A stretch of DNA of 64,000 bases from positions 1-64,000 of the forward strand of contig JAAILG010000145.1 of assembly GCA_012026655.1 (NCBI GenBank). Direction: 5' to 3'. This document shows positions 1 through 14,009 of this stretch, piece by piece. Under the pieces are notes generated by a model. The model saw only the letters and a list, made by a program, of their open reading frames with translations. It was not told where the DNA came from and searched no databases. Within the stretch, counting starts at the first letter, position 1, and each line of letters opens with the position of its first letter. Position numbers and translations under genes: made by a program. The DNA is from Hydrolagus affinis (taxonomy: Eukaryota).

Positions 1-136
1 CTCCCCTTTGTGTTTCACCCCCGCCCAAACACTCCCCTCCCAGCTCGGGTCACATTCCCCCTGTGCAGCGCCTTGGGACGTCCTCCCGACGTGAAAGGCG
101 CTCTATAAATGTAATTTGTTGTTGTTGTTGTTGTTG
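1..136 (+). mobile_element. 3' end of L2-type LINE with (GTT)n tail
   Basis: Stem-loop gcgcctt..gacgtc..gacgt..aaggcgc followed by (gtt)n. Nearly identical to 62567-62705. Confidence 0.85.
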
Positions 137-1223
137 GTGCCTTATGGAAATGCCCTTTTTAAAATCGAGTGCGGTGCCATCTAAATTTAGTGAGCCGTTC
201 ATCCATGGGAATATCTTCAGTCATCGGCCTTTGTGATAATTTGGACATTCAGTAACCCACCCGCCCCCCAATCTTCCACTCTTAAATTGGCCCACGTAAT
301 AATTGATTTTGCTTCAATGTGTAATATACGTGAATGTAATATACATACAGTAATGTGTATGCACGATTTCCAATTTCACTAATCATTTGTAAAGCAAACT
401 TACTGCCTTTTTTAAAATATAGAGTAGTTAATTGGCACATAAATTGTTGATTATCAACAAAACAAGTTGAAATATTGTGGAATCCTCTTGAGTGTTTCAC
501 GCCAATGTGATGGCCTGCTCGTGAAATTTTGTTTAAGTAGTACGTTTAATTAAATAATGCCCTCGCAGTGTTCAAAAAGTGCTTGAGAACATTAAAGAGC
601 AGCTGTTGTAGTTTAAAATTTGGACACAGTCTACAAGAATGGAGCCCTGCTGTGGCCTAAGAGTCAAAGTGCATCTTGGCATTCCAAACATTTCCTCAGT
701 CGAAGATTATAACCTGATTTTTGTGAACTTTATAGCTGTGGGCCTCATGACGGGATTCAAAAACATCCACAGTATTTGGTTAAAATAACTCCGATGTGTT
801 GAGCCATTTTGGATGAACTATTGGTCTTGATTAATGTCTACAAAACTAATGTTAATACTCCTGGGTGGAATAATCTTGATTAAAATTACATTTTTTGTGG
901 AGAAGTTGCCGTAATGTATATATTCACCTTTTTGGGGAGCATTTTTCCCCACAGTTTACCGCAAATTCCTTTCCACGTTACTCAATCAAAACTGAACTTG
1001 TGCGTCCCACTAGTCCACTAAAGATTAAATGATGAATCCCTGAAGATTGTCTGTAGTAAATTGATGTTGGGGGCAGTAAACTTATTGTATTCTTCCACGC
1101 CCTGCCTATACTGTACCTCAAACTGCTTCATACAGGTGGGTGTGTATTGAGTTTAGATAAGTTGAGTACATGACTAGTAGAATCTGATGTATCATGATTC
1201 AGTTTACTGTTAATTTCTTCTAG

Positions 1224-1292
1224 GATTGTTCGGCTTCAGAAGAATACAGTGTTGCAGCCGCATTGCTACCACTGACAACAGCGTTTTACAGG
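1224..1292 (+). CDS. SBF2: SBF2 exon (DCSASEEYSVAAALLPLTTAFYR)
   Basis: ttctag| acceptor, |gtaagc donor, 69 nt, phase 0-0. Confidence 0.93.
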
Positions 1293-2039
1293 GTAAGCCC
1301 ATCCGTTACACGCTGAATTCTCTTGATCAATTGTGCCCTTGTCTGAACTTTAAAACTTAAGAGAGAACCAGTTAGGAGTGCCCATGTTGTAGGCAATTAT
1401 ATTCGATTGCAAAATATTGTAACACTTTCAAATATATTTCACCACAAAAAGTTTGAACAAGCATGCTTTTATTTAATAATATTAGACTGGCTTTAATTAT
1501 AGGACATTTCTATGATATAAATAAAGTAGCTGTTCAGGAAGATTGAATGTTAACTTTTATTTGCAGAAAGACTTATTAAGCAACCTTTTATTTGTTTGCT
1601 AGCTTTCAGTAAAGGTTTCATGAACAAATTGTTCAAATGCCTCTTCTCTGAAAATGTCTCTCTTTCCCAACAATTGTCAAACGACGCTGGCAGAAGTCAA
1701 GTAACAGACAGCTGACTCTCAATCTAAAATAAATTGTGCCCAACCCAAAAGTTTTTCACAGAGCCGAAAAAAAACTCTATGAAACATAGTACCATTGCTT
1801 AAGTAACAACTTTGATTATAGTTAAGGTGTTATCATGCCTGTGGACAATTTTACTGAAGACATTTCTGTTTTCTAGTCTAAATTTTACGGAGTTTTACCT
1901 GTAAAGTATATATTTTTTACTTTATATATGTATATTTTACCTGCAAAGTATATATTTTTTTGGAAGATTTTCTGGAACGTAAGCGCTCTGAGACGCCATC
2001 CTACATGGAGGGTGATACATAAGTGTAAGGTGTTGTTGT

Positions 2040-2600
2040 TGGAAGCCACATGGCTTTCTACTATATTTCACATTCAGACTGTTTCAACATCCTGATTGTT
2101 GGTGACCCCAAATGCCACAGGTTGCAGACTATCTGGAATTCTATAGGTTCTATATTCTCCCGAAACAGCTCCCAAAGCTGTTACTTGTATCCTCTCTCAA
2201 ATTCCCCATCCACCCATCAGCTGATAGAATTCAAGAATCTGTGTCTTCTTCCTCTACCTCGACTGACCTTATCTCTGTGGACTCCTTAACCCTATCAACC
2301 CAAACACTCCTTTCGTTCAGCAACTACTGGCCTGCTTCAAGTCCCCAATCTTTCAGCCTCACCTGGTTTTCAGTCATTATGTGAGCTTTCAGCAATTCTG
2401 AGATGTTGACCTGCATGGAGTGTGCTATAATAAGTTCATGTTTTTGTTGCTTTTCTGCTCCCTGCTCTGTGGAACTCCATCCTCGTATTGTCCCATTAGA
2501 TTCGCTACCTCCCTCTCCACTTTCAAAGCCTGATCCAATTTTCAGTCATCTTTCTCCCTTTTTGGCCTATCCCCCAATGTCTTTATGTCAGTCTATTCAT
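2040..2600 (+). mobile_element. Degenerate L2 LINE ORF2 C-terminal fragment
   Basis: Frameshifted LQ..NS...IEFK peptide and gctttcagc...tgtggaactcc signature of L2 3' regions. Confidence 0.55.
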
Positions 2601-4839
2601 CCATCCATCCATTCCGTCCTTTCCCTCTCTGGAGACACAAAAAACTGTTGGAATATAATTGAGAGTGAAACCATTCAGGGTTGAATGCATCCTGAAGCTT
2701 TCAAAATGAGTTTCTTCTTCAAAGTGTATTAATCCAGAACAGCACTGTAAACATTGTAATATTGATTGTTACCCTTAATTGTGTAAGACGTCTTGCATTT
2801 CAGTGCCTTGGGATGTCCTCCTGACGTGAAATGCTGTTGCATTCATTTGAAGAAATTGAATTTTCTGTTTTACTATTGGTGAATAAATCATTGTTTTATT
2901 ACCGTCTGTATAACACAGAGTACAGTGAGCCCACAGTGTACCAGAAGTGCGGTGCGGTGCAGTGCTAACTGGCTGGTTTCCAGCACGCAGATACAAAAGC
3001 AGCAGCCTGCTGGAAATGCTCACTGGTGTGGTGGCAGCTGACTGCATGTGCCGTGTGCTTTAAAGATCATAGTGGGGGCCTTGCAACCCAAAAGTGTTGA
3101 TTAAGGGTCATTTTTAACGTGGCTTGTTACAAAGCAGGTTCCAATGTTATGGACCACCTAAAACCATGTTATTATTGTGTCCGTCTGTGTTAAGCCGTGA
3201 CTGACATCTGCTGTTCCTGTACTGTGTGTTACTCATATCTGCTTCAGTAGCTACTATACTGTGGTGAATGTGGTTTACAATTAGCATGGGTAATGGAGCT
3301 GAGAATATCCGAAGGCTGGTTCAATACAAACACTTCTTTTTTCCAGTTGCTGCTTCAAAATAAATACTCACAGAATTCTTGTGTCCTTTGACTCCTCAGG
3401 TGTTAGTCATCGCCTCGTATAGATTGAGTGCAGCCCTTCAGGCAGCATCACCTGTCAGCTCATTCACGTCCAACAGACTGGTTTGATTCAAGGCCAGAGT
3501 ACAATCTTGGAGAGGAGTCAATAGAAATTGATGTAGGCACTTAACTGCAAAATGATCGTGGGACTTGATCATTCCATCCCAGTAACCCAAAGTTTTTTTG
3601 CTGGCCAGGCATTTGCGCTCTGATTAGGAAAAGCCCCAAACCTCTTATTTACTCTAAGCCAATTGGTTGGGGCTGCCTCCCTAGTCATGACCAGCTTTCC
3701 CAGAATTAGTGCCTTCCTTATGTTTTTCCAGATTGGTCCCTAGGAAATGGAAACTATCATAGAAACAATTGAAATATCACCGTGCATTTTGGATAGACTG
3801 CAGAGGATGAGCATCCTCAACTCACGCTGTTGACCTGAAAGATCAGCTTCAGAACAATCATTTCCCCTTAAAGCCCCTGAGCCAGGCTTTGCTTTTACTA
3901 ACAGTTCATAGAATTATGTGGGAACTATCTCATGTAGTGTGCATCAAAACAGATTCTTATAAAACTTGTTCTGCTGGAGTCAACCACACAATAAAACTGA
4001 AATGGATTCTTGGCAGAAGTATGGAGAAACCATAGGCCCATTTATTTATTCTACATTTCTTAAAAAGGATTATTATGTTTTGTCAGTGATGGCTTGAACA
4101 TGTGAATAGGATGTACATCCAGAAGTAAGTGTGGTGTATAAGATGAAGGTAGTGCAACTGTAAATGTATGGAACAATGTTTAGTCATAGCAATGATAATC
4201 AATTGTACACTAAACTCTGCAGTTGGAAAGTACATTGACAGGATGTAATTCTGTTTAAGATGGAATGTGTTGGCAGACACACTGCATATCTACAAATTAT
4301 AGACAGCAAATCATCATGAAGCTTATTTTTAAAGGATAGGAGAACATCTTGAATCATTTTTAGTGAAGAAAACAAGCATTTTGATACTTTTTGTTTGTGT
4401 AATGCAGAAGATTGTTTTGAAGGGCAATTCAGCGGAACATTGGAATTTGACTTCGAAGCAAGATTAATACTTTCCTATTACCATCACACTGAGCAAATTA
4501 ACCCTCTCCATCCAAGGTTAAAGAAGGTTTTAACGCTGGATTTAGCGACCTCGAGGGAATTTTTAATTTAAATTGAGGCATGTATTCAGATTATCAGGAA
4601 TATGAATCTGGAATTCTTTTAAACAGAAGTAACTCATTAACATTGTTTCTTTGCTTTCAAAAAATGTTTTGCTTGAGAATATTTCTGAAGAGAAATGGTT
4701 TTTTGAATAATGAACCTACGAGACAAATGTACAATAGATGTAGCTCTGTAACAAATGCTGTTCTAAAACTTTATAATTGACTTATTATTGGTATCTAAGA
4801 AATAGTACGAGTTTATGAAAAGAAAAAGATTAATATGAC

Positions 4840-4925
4840 AGGTCTTTCAAAGAGCCGGCAAAGACACGATGGGACAAATGGCTTGCTTCTGTGCTATATG
4901 TTTCTATGGTTCTATGATTCTGAAT
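4840..4925 (+). mobile_element. CR1-type LINE 3' tail
   Basis: gatgggacaaatggc...ttctatggttctatgattct octamer-repeat tail. Confidence 0.65.
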
Positions 4926-4964
4926 GAGGTTCTTATACAAATTTTGTATAGCAATTAAAGTAGT

Positions 4965-5340
4965 TGTCTTGTCGCTCAGTGGTTAGTGCAACAACATACA
5001 ACAAAATTACACTTATATAGCGTTACATTTCACGTCAGGAGGACGTCACATTCGCTTCACAAGCGAGAGACCTGGGTTTGATTCCCGGCAGGAGAAACCT
5101 TGGTCAAGTTTCCTTACTCTACACACCTGATAATAATCCTTCAAGAAAAAAAACAATAATACAGTAATTTGGTCACTTAACCCACAAGTGTTTGTGGGAA
5201 ACTGCTGTGTGCCTTGGACTGTTGCGTTCTGTCCACAAAATATACAGTCAATTCACTTTACAATATATTCTGTGAAGCGCTTTTAAACATCTAGAAGACG
5301 TGAAAAGCGCTGTATCAAATGCAAGGTTTATTTATTTTAT
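4965..5340 (+). mobile_element. tRNA-derived SINE interrupted by an antisense L2 tail
   Basis: A box gctcagtggttag, B box ggtttgattcc, family body and tail. Insert at about 4990-5047. Confidence 0.85.
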
Positions 5341-5699
5341 TAACATAAATTTAATTTAAGATAAGATTTGACTCCAGTATATCAAACATTTCTTTACTGT
5401 TGTACTGCCTTCATCTATTTAGTCAACCTTTCCCTTCACTTTCAGGCAAAAGATAAAAGGCACTGTTTCCTGGCATGGTTAAAAACTATATCAAAAGTCT
5501 TTACACCACAATGCAATTTGATCTTCCTGATTATTGTCACGAATGTGCCCGATAGTTACTGTCCCTTGATCTTTCTCTTTGAGATCCAGATCTTAACTCT
5601 AACTTCACATTGGACACTACGTGAGAAGAAGTACTTACTTCATTGTCGTATTATTGATGCTGCGGCTTCTGCAAATGCTTGAATTTCCAACCTGGAAGT

Positions 5700-6060
5700 G
5701 AGTCACTCTGACTCCGTTGGTAGCATTTTTACCTCGGAATCAGAAGATTGCAGGTTCAAGTCTCACATTGTATCTTTAAGGTTACAGTCTGATATTTTAA
5801 TGCAGCGTTAGGGTTTGTGCTATAAATGCTACCCTTCAGATGAAATGTTAAACTCAGGTCATATCTGTCTGTTCAAGTGGACATTTAAAATCAAATAGCA
5901 CTATTTGATAAAAGAAGGGGGTTTCTCTCAGTGTTTTGGCCAACAAATGGTCATCCAAATATACAGTCAAATCACTTTACAGTATATTCTGTGAAGCACT
6001 TTGAGACGTTGATAAGATGTGAAAATCGCTATATCAAATGCAAGGATTATTATTATTATC
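5700..6060 (+). mobile_element. Old Deu-domain SINE (SacSINE/AmnSINE-like) joined to a young SINE tail
   Basis: ggtagca..cctcggaatcagaag..ggttcaagtc head, cagatgaaatgttaaac..gtggac..gcactattt core. Similar to 17010-17405. Confidence 0.65.
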
Positions 6061-8377
6061 CACAACAAGGCTGTTTGAGAGATTTTTGGAGATTTTTCAT
6101 TCCATAAGAAATGTGGTTGGATCTCTTGTGAAAGTGCTTCATATTAGATGCATGCTATATGGTCTGTTCCTTCAATTGCACAAAATCTGACAACCAAACA
6201 TTTCTGTTAATACGTGAAATAGCATCCTGGCATTTAACAAGCTGCAGAAGATGAATGCAAATAGATCAGAAGGAATTGAATGTTGCTAGCTGGGCCGATT
6301 AAGTAAATATTTTGATGTAAGGGAAAACCATCAAGTTTGAACTACTTTCCTGCTCTATAATCTAGAGGATCCTTTTTCATTGCTACGGATTAACTCATTC
6401 GTTATTTTGTTTTAATCTGGTTTCATCTTTAATCAAACAATTTGAAAGAAAGGTATGAGGATTATCGAGGAAGATCTCAATCACTGAAATATATCTAGTG
6501 AATGGAATGGATTGTTTGAAAGGTTGGGATGATAGAAGTTAAACACAAGGATAACATGTGCAGGTTAAAATTTTAAGGATTTCCCCTTAGACTGCTGGTA
6601 GAATGCTTGGAGTTTTGTCTATGGGCTGATTAGTTTTCTACATTTTCAGCATTCCCAATGCTTTCTGAAAACATTCTGCTATACTGCTAGTAAAGCTAGT
6701 TTAATATCAGTAATGTACTATAATATTAGCATTAACCATGACATTAGAAGAACTTTCATTTATTCACCAGCTTCATGTGAGTTGCATCTCAGAGTGCTTA
6801 AATTATTAACAATAGCCTACTAAAATAAAGAGACACATTATAAAAGGCAAATATCTCATTATCCCTTTTTATTTGTTTTCTCTTTGTTTTTATAGTAACT
6901 AGCTAATGACAAAAGAAAGCAGCAACATTTTTTGTTAACGTTAATAAACATAATTCCACATAGCAACAAATAAAATATTATGCATCTCACTACAATAGTC
7001 AAAATGAATTAAATGTATCAGGTGTTATGAAGTTAAGTTATCATAAAGCAGGTTTGCAAGTTATTGAAACATTCTAAAATTTGATGGAAAATCAGAAATG
7101 CCATTAACTGTCGTTTTCATAGAAAATTATTCATTCCATAGTAACAAATTTTTATGGTAATTATTTATATATATATCTGTTTTGTGAACTAATGTCCAAA
7201 TTATAGTGGCATTATTAGGGAATATCTGAAAATAAACACTGTTGCAGAAAGAAGAATGATCAGTTATTGACTGTGAGTACCAGCTAACACTTAAAGTCCC
7301 AAATACAGTAGGAATTATAGAAGGACAAAGCAACAATTTAAAGCATGAGGTATATTTTCAGACTGACTGACTGCTTGAGTGTAGCAACCTGCCAGATCAT
7401 GTATTGGTGGGTAAAGATGTAGAGAAGTGAAAATTGGGTTACACTATTTTCAAGGACAGCTTGATGCCAAAGAGTATATTCTTGGGTGTTTGGTGGTAGC
7501 AGGTTAGCCTTTGCTCAAGGGAATGAGCAGCCAGGAATAAGGAGAAGCCACATGCCTTCTGTTAAGTTGTTTCATTTAGTATGACAAGCAGCCAAAGAAT
7601 AAGGAGGGGCATGTGCTTCTGGTTTGTATCATACGATCGGGTGCACTGGAAGAATGATCCAATGTTTGCCTGTTTGAGAACTATGCTCAGCTACCAGTTT
7701 AGGCTACTTCATGCAGTCGCATCTCTGTAATTCCAAGTTGTTTGGGGCCTTTTGCACCATTCAACACGATTGACAAATTCTTAACCATTCACTCAAATGT
7801 AGCTAGGTAGAATATGTTGTCCTGAATTGCTTAGTGAAAATAGAAATGAAAATTTCATTCGGTCTGTTTAACGTGAGTACATTCTAGGACGTATCTAAGC
7901 CAATAGTTCTTCTTTGACTTCTTTGAGTAACTAAGAAAGTTCACAAATTCAGTTTGGAAGTCAGGGGGAGGGGTGAAATCTCAATTCCTTTGAATTTGAT
8001 GGACTTTTTTTCTGTTTGTTTTGTCAAGTTTTGATCTGCACCACCAGTTAGTTTTTCAAAATTGTGCCAGTGAATATCATTAACTGGTAAACTTACAAAG
8101 ATTCAAATGTATACTAATTATTGGGCATTTTTTATGTTATGTACAGAAATTTGAAGGCACACACAGAGAGTTTGCTGGTCTTATGATATAGCTCATTCCA
8201 CCAAGATCATTGCAGGAGATCACAGTAGTTTCTTGCCATGAAATGGATGCACACTTTTATGTAGTTAAGTATCCATATAAGATTTACAACTTTTCAACTG
8301 GTTCCCAACATGATCAAGTAATTTAAGGTTGTGACACTGATGATCCAATCACTGAAAACAAAGTTAGATGTCTAACA

Positions 8378-8482
8378 AAATTCTGACAAAAGATCATTGA
8401 CCTGAAATGTTAACTCATTTTCCTCTCTCCATGAATGCTGCCTGACTTGCTGTGTTTTCCCAGCGACTTCTGTGTTTATATT
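8378..8482 (+). mobile_element. Penelope-like element terminal fragment
   Basis: ttctgac..gacctgaaatgttaact..tgctgcctgacttgctg..cccagc, homologous to 19037-19139. Confidence 0.6.
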
Positions 8483-10202
8483 AAATATGTAACCTTGTTT
8501 TCAGTGGTTGGATCGTGAGATGATACACAAGGCACGAAGAAGGCAAGTCTTTTTAATCCCTTCAGGACTTCATAATTTGGGTTGAAAGTTCCAGTAAACC
8601 TAGAGAAATCCCAATTGGAGCTAACACAGTTTTGAACTTTCATAGGGGCACTCTTTCAAACAGCCTGGAAATATCTCTGTATCGCCAAAATAATTTAGAC
8701 TCCTAAGCCAAACATTCTCATCCATGAGACAGAAATCTAGGATTGCTGAAGAATTCTAATTGAGGATTATGGATCAAATGGAAACAATGATCTTCGTGGT
8801 TTCAGACCTAAAAACATCTGCCACTAAACGACTCAGTAGAATATTCTCTCAGGCACTCTGTATGGCCAAGATAGTGGAAATAGTCAGAAAACTTTTTTTC
8901 GAGTGTTGAGTTGGTGACCTACAAAGCAAAACTTCTGAAATATACATTGCAGCCACCGCATTCCACCTGGCGATGATTGCTTTTATAGAGTGATAGACTC
9001 TCATTTCCGAATCAACCCTGAAATGTTTAACTGTTTCGGAGCCAAAGACCCGTAAACAACCTGGAGATTGAAATAATGTTTACTTGCTGTTTCTCCAAAA
9101 TTTGGTACAAGGCCAGATAGATTCTGTTTGTTGGGAAGTTGATTATTTTTGATGCTCTTTGTAGATATGGTCCTCAGAGTGGCTACACTTTATCTGCTGA
9201 CCAGGTGACACCCCCCCACCATCTAACTGGAGTGAATAAACTAATCAATATTTTCCGAGCACAACCTCTAGCTTGCAACGGGGTTATTCAGAGAAGAATC
9301 TACTGGTCATTTCTCCCAACGGATTGTGAGATAGGAAAATAGATGGGAACCCATTCTATGAGGAGAACCCGTGCATCAGTTTTCATACAAACGTCCGCTC
9401 AGGTTTGCACGGCTCCACAGGAATTCTTGCTGTCCCAAATTCCCATTCATTCTGAAAGTCAATAAATAACCAAATATGCAACCACTAAAACAGCAGGCCC
9501 AAAATGCCACAAAAACCCATCTGTTATAGTGGAACCTAAACTTGGCTACAAAGCATCAAAACCAACTCAAGCTTCTGGTGAGAGAAGTACTTTGCATCAT
9601 CATATAAGAACTTGTATTTTTCCGTCATTGTTTCTTGATTCAATAGCTACAAAATACAAACTGTACTCAGCTCTATCATGGGAATCGACTGATGAGCCGA
9701 AGTCCAAGATGTCACAGCTGCAGGATAAGATTGGCTTCCACAAAATGTGGCTTGGCAATGCAATCCTGAGGTTCATTGCATTCTTTGTCTCGGGTGATGA
9801 CATAACTTCAGACAGACAGAAAAACTCGTCTTGTGCTCTTCGTTTGTCACTCTCTAAGAGAGGATCAGGTTTTAACAAATGTCTAGGATACACATATTTT
9901 TGTTTGGATTTAATTTATCCTGGTGCTTAAGGTCATTCTTTGTACGCTGACTCCTCAACACATCTGATGTCGGAATCGTCACGGGGGGGAAAAGACATGT
10001 TGGAAGAAATTCCTCAAGCTGCTACGTGTAACTATTTCGACTGTGTGTCCTTCCAGTTGGAAAATCCCATTACAATCCAACATCATTCATTTTGATATCC
10101 CTCACACCAAGTGAAATGTCACCCTTATGAATTCCAATCCTTCCAAATGCACACGTTTTGTAAAGTGTAGGCATATAGTGGTCTCAAAATGTTATTTTCA
10201 GT

Positions 10203-10320
10203 GTAACAACAACAAAATTACATTTGTATAGTGCCTTTCACGAAGGGGGGATGTCCCATGGTACAGAACAGACAGTATATTTTTGACCTGAGCTGGGGTA
10301 GGGATTAGGGAGAGTGGAGG
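10203..10320 (-). mobile_element. L2 3' tail
   Basis: (aac)n aaaattacatttgtatagtgcctttcacg, reverse complement of the tail at 1-136. Confidence 0.7.
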
Positions 10321-13300
10321 GCAGGATTCAATTAATTAAGAAGTAATTAAGGAACCCTAATGTTAAGCATATTGTTCGTGTTTCTTTATTGCTCAAGTGA
10401 TGTAGGCTGAGACCAGAATGATGGAGTGAAACTACCCCCTACTACCCTGCTACTGAAAAAATATGCTTTTATGTTTTGTGGCAGTTTGTTTGTATTTGTG
10501 TTGTAACAACTTTTTTCATGTGTGTTTTAGCCAAGGCATTTGGAGCCTGAATGCTCTTCGTTGTCATACTGTTTTATATGCTTGGCCTGAAAAGCAAGCC
10601 TGCAGACGAATGTGCTTTCATTCTGTGCATATAAGTTCATTTTTCCAACACGTTAAGCTTTGTTTTCAGTGATCTGCACGCCTATGTTGTGTATCTTTTG
10701 GTTCATATATCCATTGAATCGCAGAATATCATGGATCTTGAGCAAAGTAAACCTTCAACTCGGAGGTGCCCTCCCCCCCCCCCTCCTCCCCCTGCATTCT
10801 ACCTGGCAACATTTTCATTCCTAACGTTCTCAATCCATTCTCATTGCTGAAAATTCTCAGTTAGGGGTAGGTTGTACAGTATATTGATCCTATTGGGTAT
10901 TGAACTGAAGCTGCCAGAATTCATTTCACTATGTAAAGCATTACTGTATATTTAGAGACCTATCCAGTCCCACATGTCATGGATTTATGATGTACAATAT
11001 TTTCTTTTTTCCCTCGTTATAATTTTTTTCCCTGCTGTTGTAATTATACTTTCCTGCAGGAAAAAAGGACTTTTCTGAAATGTATTTAATTTACTCGAAC
11101 GTTTTCATCCAAAGGTTAGCTAAAATTGGTTACATATATCTGAAATTCAAATGAAAACTGCAAATTTTTATTTTTCTTGTCCTCTTATTTCTGCTGGTGA
11201 AGTTTTGATTTTGCTATTGTAAAGTAGCCCTGGATATAAATCTACAATGTTGTTTCAAAAATAATCTTTGTATAGGGTTGAACTAGGACCACAATGATGG
11301 TACATTAAAAAAAAATTGTACCTATCTGATGAATAATCCAAATGCCGGTGCAGGGAGTTACGAGTTAATTAGCTCTACGTCTTTGAATAGAATCTGAATA
11401 TCACTAGTGCTATACCAAAGAACCCAGTTATAGCCCCCTTCAGTGCACACTGCCTCACTTAGGTCTGCAGTAGATACTAGCTGGCTTACTGTGATTGAAA
11501 GATGGCCAATACCTGGGTCATCAAGCCGCTGCTGACCTTGCTGGCTCTGAGGAGGAAAGTGCTGATGTCACTTAACGAAGGAAGTGCCGTCAGTGGTGAT
11601 TGCCGCACATGTACATCATGGAAACAAATGACAATGAGCATTTTCTGCGCACGCACCCAACCTATTGCAAGTGACATCAACGATGACTTGAAAACCTGGA
11701 GGTCAGCCATTTGTTCCAAGTCCTGCTTGTAATTGAGTGGCGAGACACCAGATGTTGCTGTACAGAGGTTTGCCAATAATTTGTTTATCGAATAATACCT
11801 ATATTCTGCTTTTTTTCAAAAACAAAAATGGTTACACCTTCTCAAACTGTTTCCAGCACTCTTACTAGAGAAAATACGCAATTGTGAACCAATCACGTTA
11901 TCTACTTTAGACTTAGAAATTGAAATTTTAGGATTTCAATTTACTGTATTTCGTTTCCACAAATGTAATTTTGTTGTTGTGTACTTAACATAGAAGTGGG
12001 CATTTTATTTTAGTACATCTGCCAGGATCATTTGATTGTTGCTCCAATATCAAACTTGCCCCAGAGGCAAGCGTCAGCGAAAAGTATACAGACAGACTCA
12101 AAAGCCTTCATATTCTTGCAGTAAATGGAGAATTGGAAGGCATGTTGCATTCTTCTTAAATGGCAACTCTAACTCTTCAGTTTAAATCATTGAAGCTGTG
12201 GACCCAGATCTACAGTTGGCCAGATTAACGTCAGCAACCAAAATTTAATTTCTAGTAAATTTCGAGTCAGATTATTGCTGCCCTTTGTTCTATTTAAATT
12301 AGTACAAATGGTTGGCTTGTTGTCCAGACATCCATACAAACATGACTGGCATCACATTCTGGCATCTTCACTATGTGTCTGGAACATATTATGGTCACTT
12401 TTTGAGAATGCGAATATTTTGAGCTTTACTTATAAAAGCAGACATTTGGGGTCCATTGGAATTTTAGCCCAGAGGATACTTTTGTTTGCTTGGTCTACAT
12501 GTATTTTAACTCTTTAACTGCTAATTCACAGCGCTGGAGTTTATATATTTTATCAAATATTTGTTAATTGATTCATGGTTTTATCAATAATCCATTCTTT
12601 TAAAAATGTTTAGATTTTAATCTGTTTACCGCTTTGTTAATTTTCCTCAGTTAAATGGAGTTAGACAGACCACCCAATAACAATGTCAGTCTTTGAATAT
12701 TCTTCCAACCCTCTCTGAAACGTACATACAAGCAGTGGGGTGGTAATGTTTCTTCAGCCAAAACATTTTTGGCTCAAGAAACTACTAGCCGATAGGTTGG
12801 GCTAAAGAAACTATGTAGCCCAAACTGTTAGCTAAATAGTTAGCCAATGGGAGAAGCTTAAGTGAGAATATCAGTCAAAGCAGGAAATTAAAGATACTGA
12901 GCCCAATGCTCCAAATGGATGTACCAACATAGACTAGCAATGTCTAATAATTTGTAGAATAGAAAATTTTACTACATTGATTTCGATTTAGGGAATCAGT
13001 TATGTTTTAAGTTTTACAAAAAAATAAATTTCATGTTAATCAGTAAAAATTTGCACAGGATTCACAGCTAAGAGAAAAAAAATCAATTTCATCGATGACC
13101 TCAATTACTACTAATGTCTGGAAAATGTTGATTCCTTTGCGATCATGTCCATTTTACGTCAAATGTCTTTGGGTGCAAGTTTTGTCCTGCCTACATTTTA
13201 TTCCCATGAGCACCGTGTTTAAACAGAGTAGAATATGACATTGATGGATACATGTTTACTTGCAGAGAAAAGAAAATATAGTTGATTTGTCATGGAAACA

Positions 13301-14009
13301 GCTGAAATGAATTGTGATGCAGTTTGCACACATTAATAATATTTGCGTTTTTACAGTTACGTATTTATAATAGTACTTTCTTGGTGTGGAAATCTGCTGC
13401 CCTCTGAAGGTAAAATAACATGTTTTGGTTATTTTATGCCTACATTTCTCCCAACAATATTTAGTTTTAACATTAATATCATGGCACATCTCATGGAACA
13501 TTAGCTATAAATGCATCATCTGTTTTGAACATTTTCAAGTAATCGGGTGCAAAATATTATGACGATTTGGCATGATGCAGAGAATTGCCATATGGGAGAT
13601 TAACTCAACCTCCAGTCCAACAGAGAAAGGCAGAAAGTCATTTGATTTCTGTTCCAACAATTGAAACTGGAGCATGGCAGCCTAAAATAATAAGGAAACG
13701 TGTTTACATCTAACCTGGAATGACCTATATGTGATGTATTGGCAAAACACAGTCTGCTGCGTTCATCAAGAATGCAGATTAACATTTTGACACGTGGTCG
13801 AGCATTTGTTTTTAATTTAAAATATCATGTCGTGTTGTAAGACAGAAAATTGACTGTAGAGTACTAATATTTTTTTAATCCAGTAGATGTATAACTACAG
13901 CATTCACCCAACTGCATTCTATACCGGGTTTTGTCTTGGAACAACAGATATGACAAGATAACTAATATTGCCAGATGTTTGAATAATTATCTTTTGATGT
14001 TCACTTCAG

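Noticed and set aside
7527-7624. Short diverged direct repeats (also 1893-1960, 12780-12846, 47393-47455)
   Set aside because: Ordinary slippage-type micro-duplications with no functional signature
8500-10130. Overlapping ORFs (9529-9930 +, 9600-9893 -) and a faint minus-strand 'FV*KLMHG' resembling a LINE zf-RVT motif
   Set aside because: Could be a very old TE, but I could not extend the homology, so it is not supportable without a search
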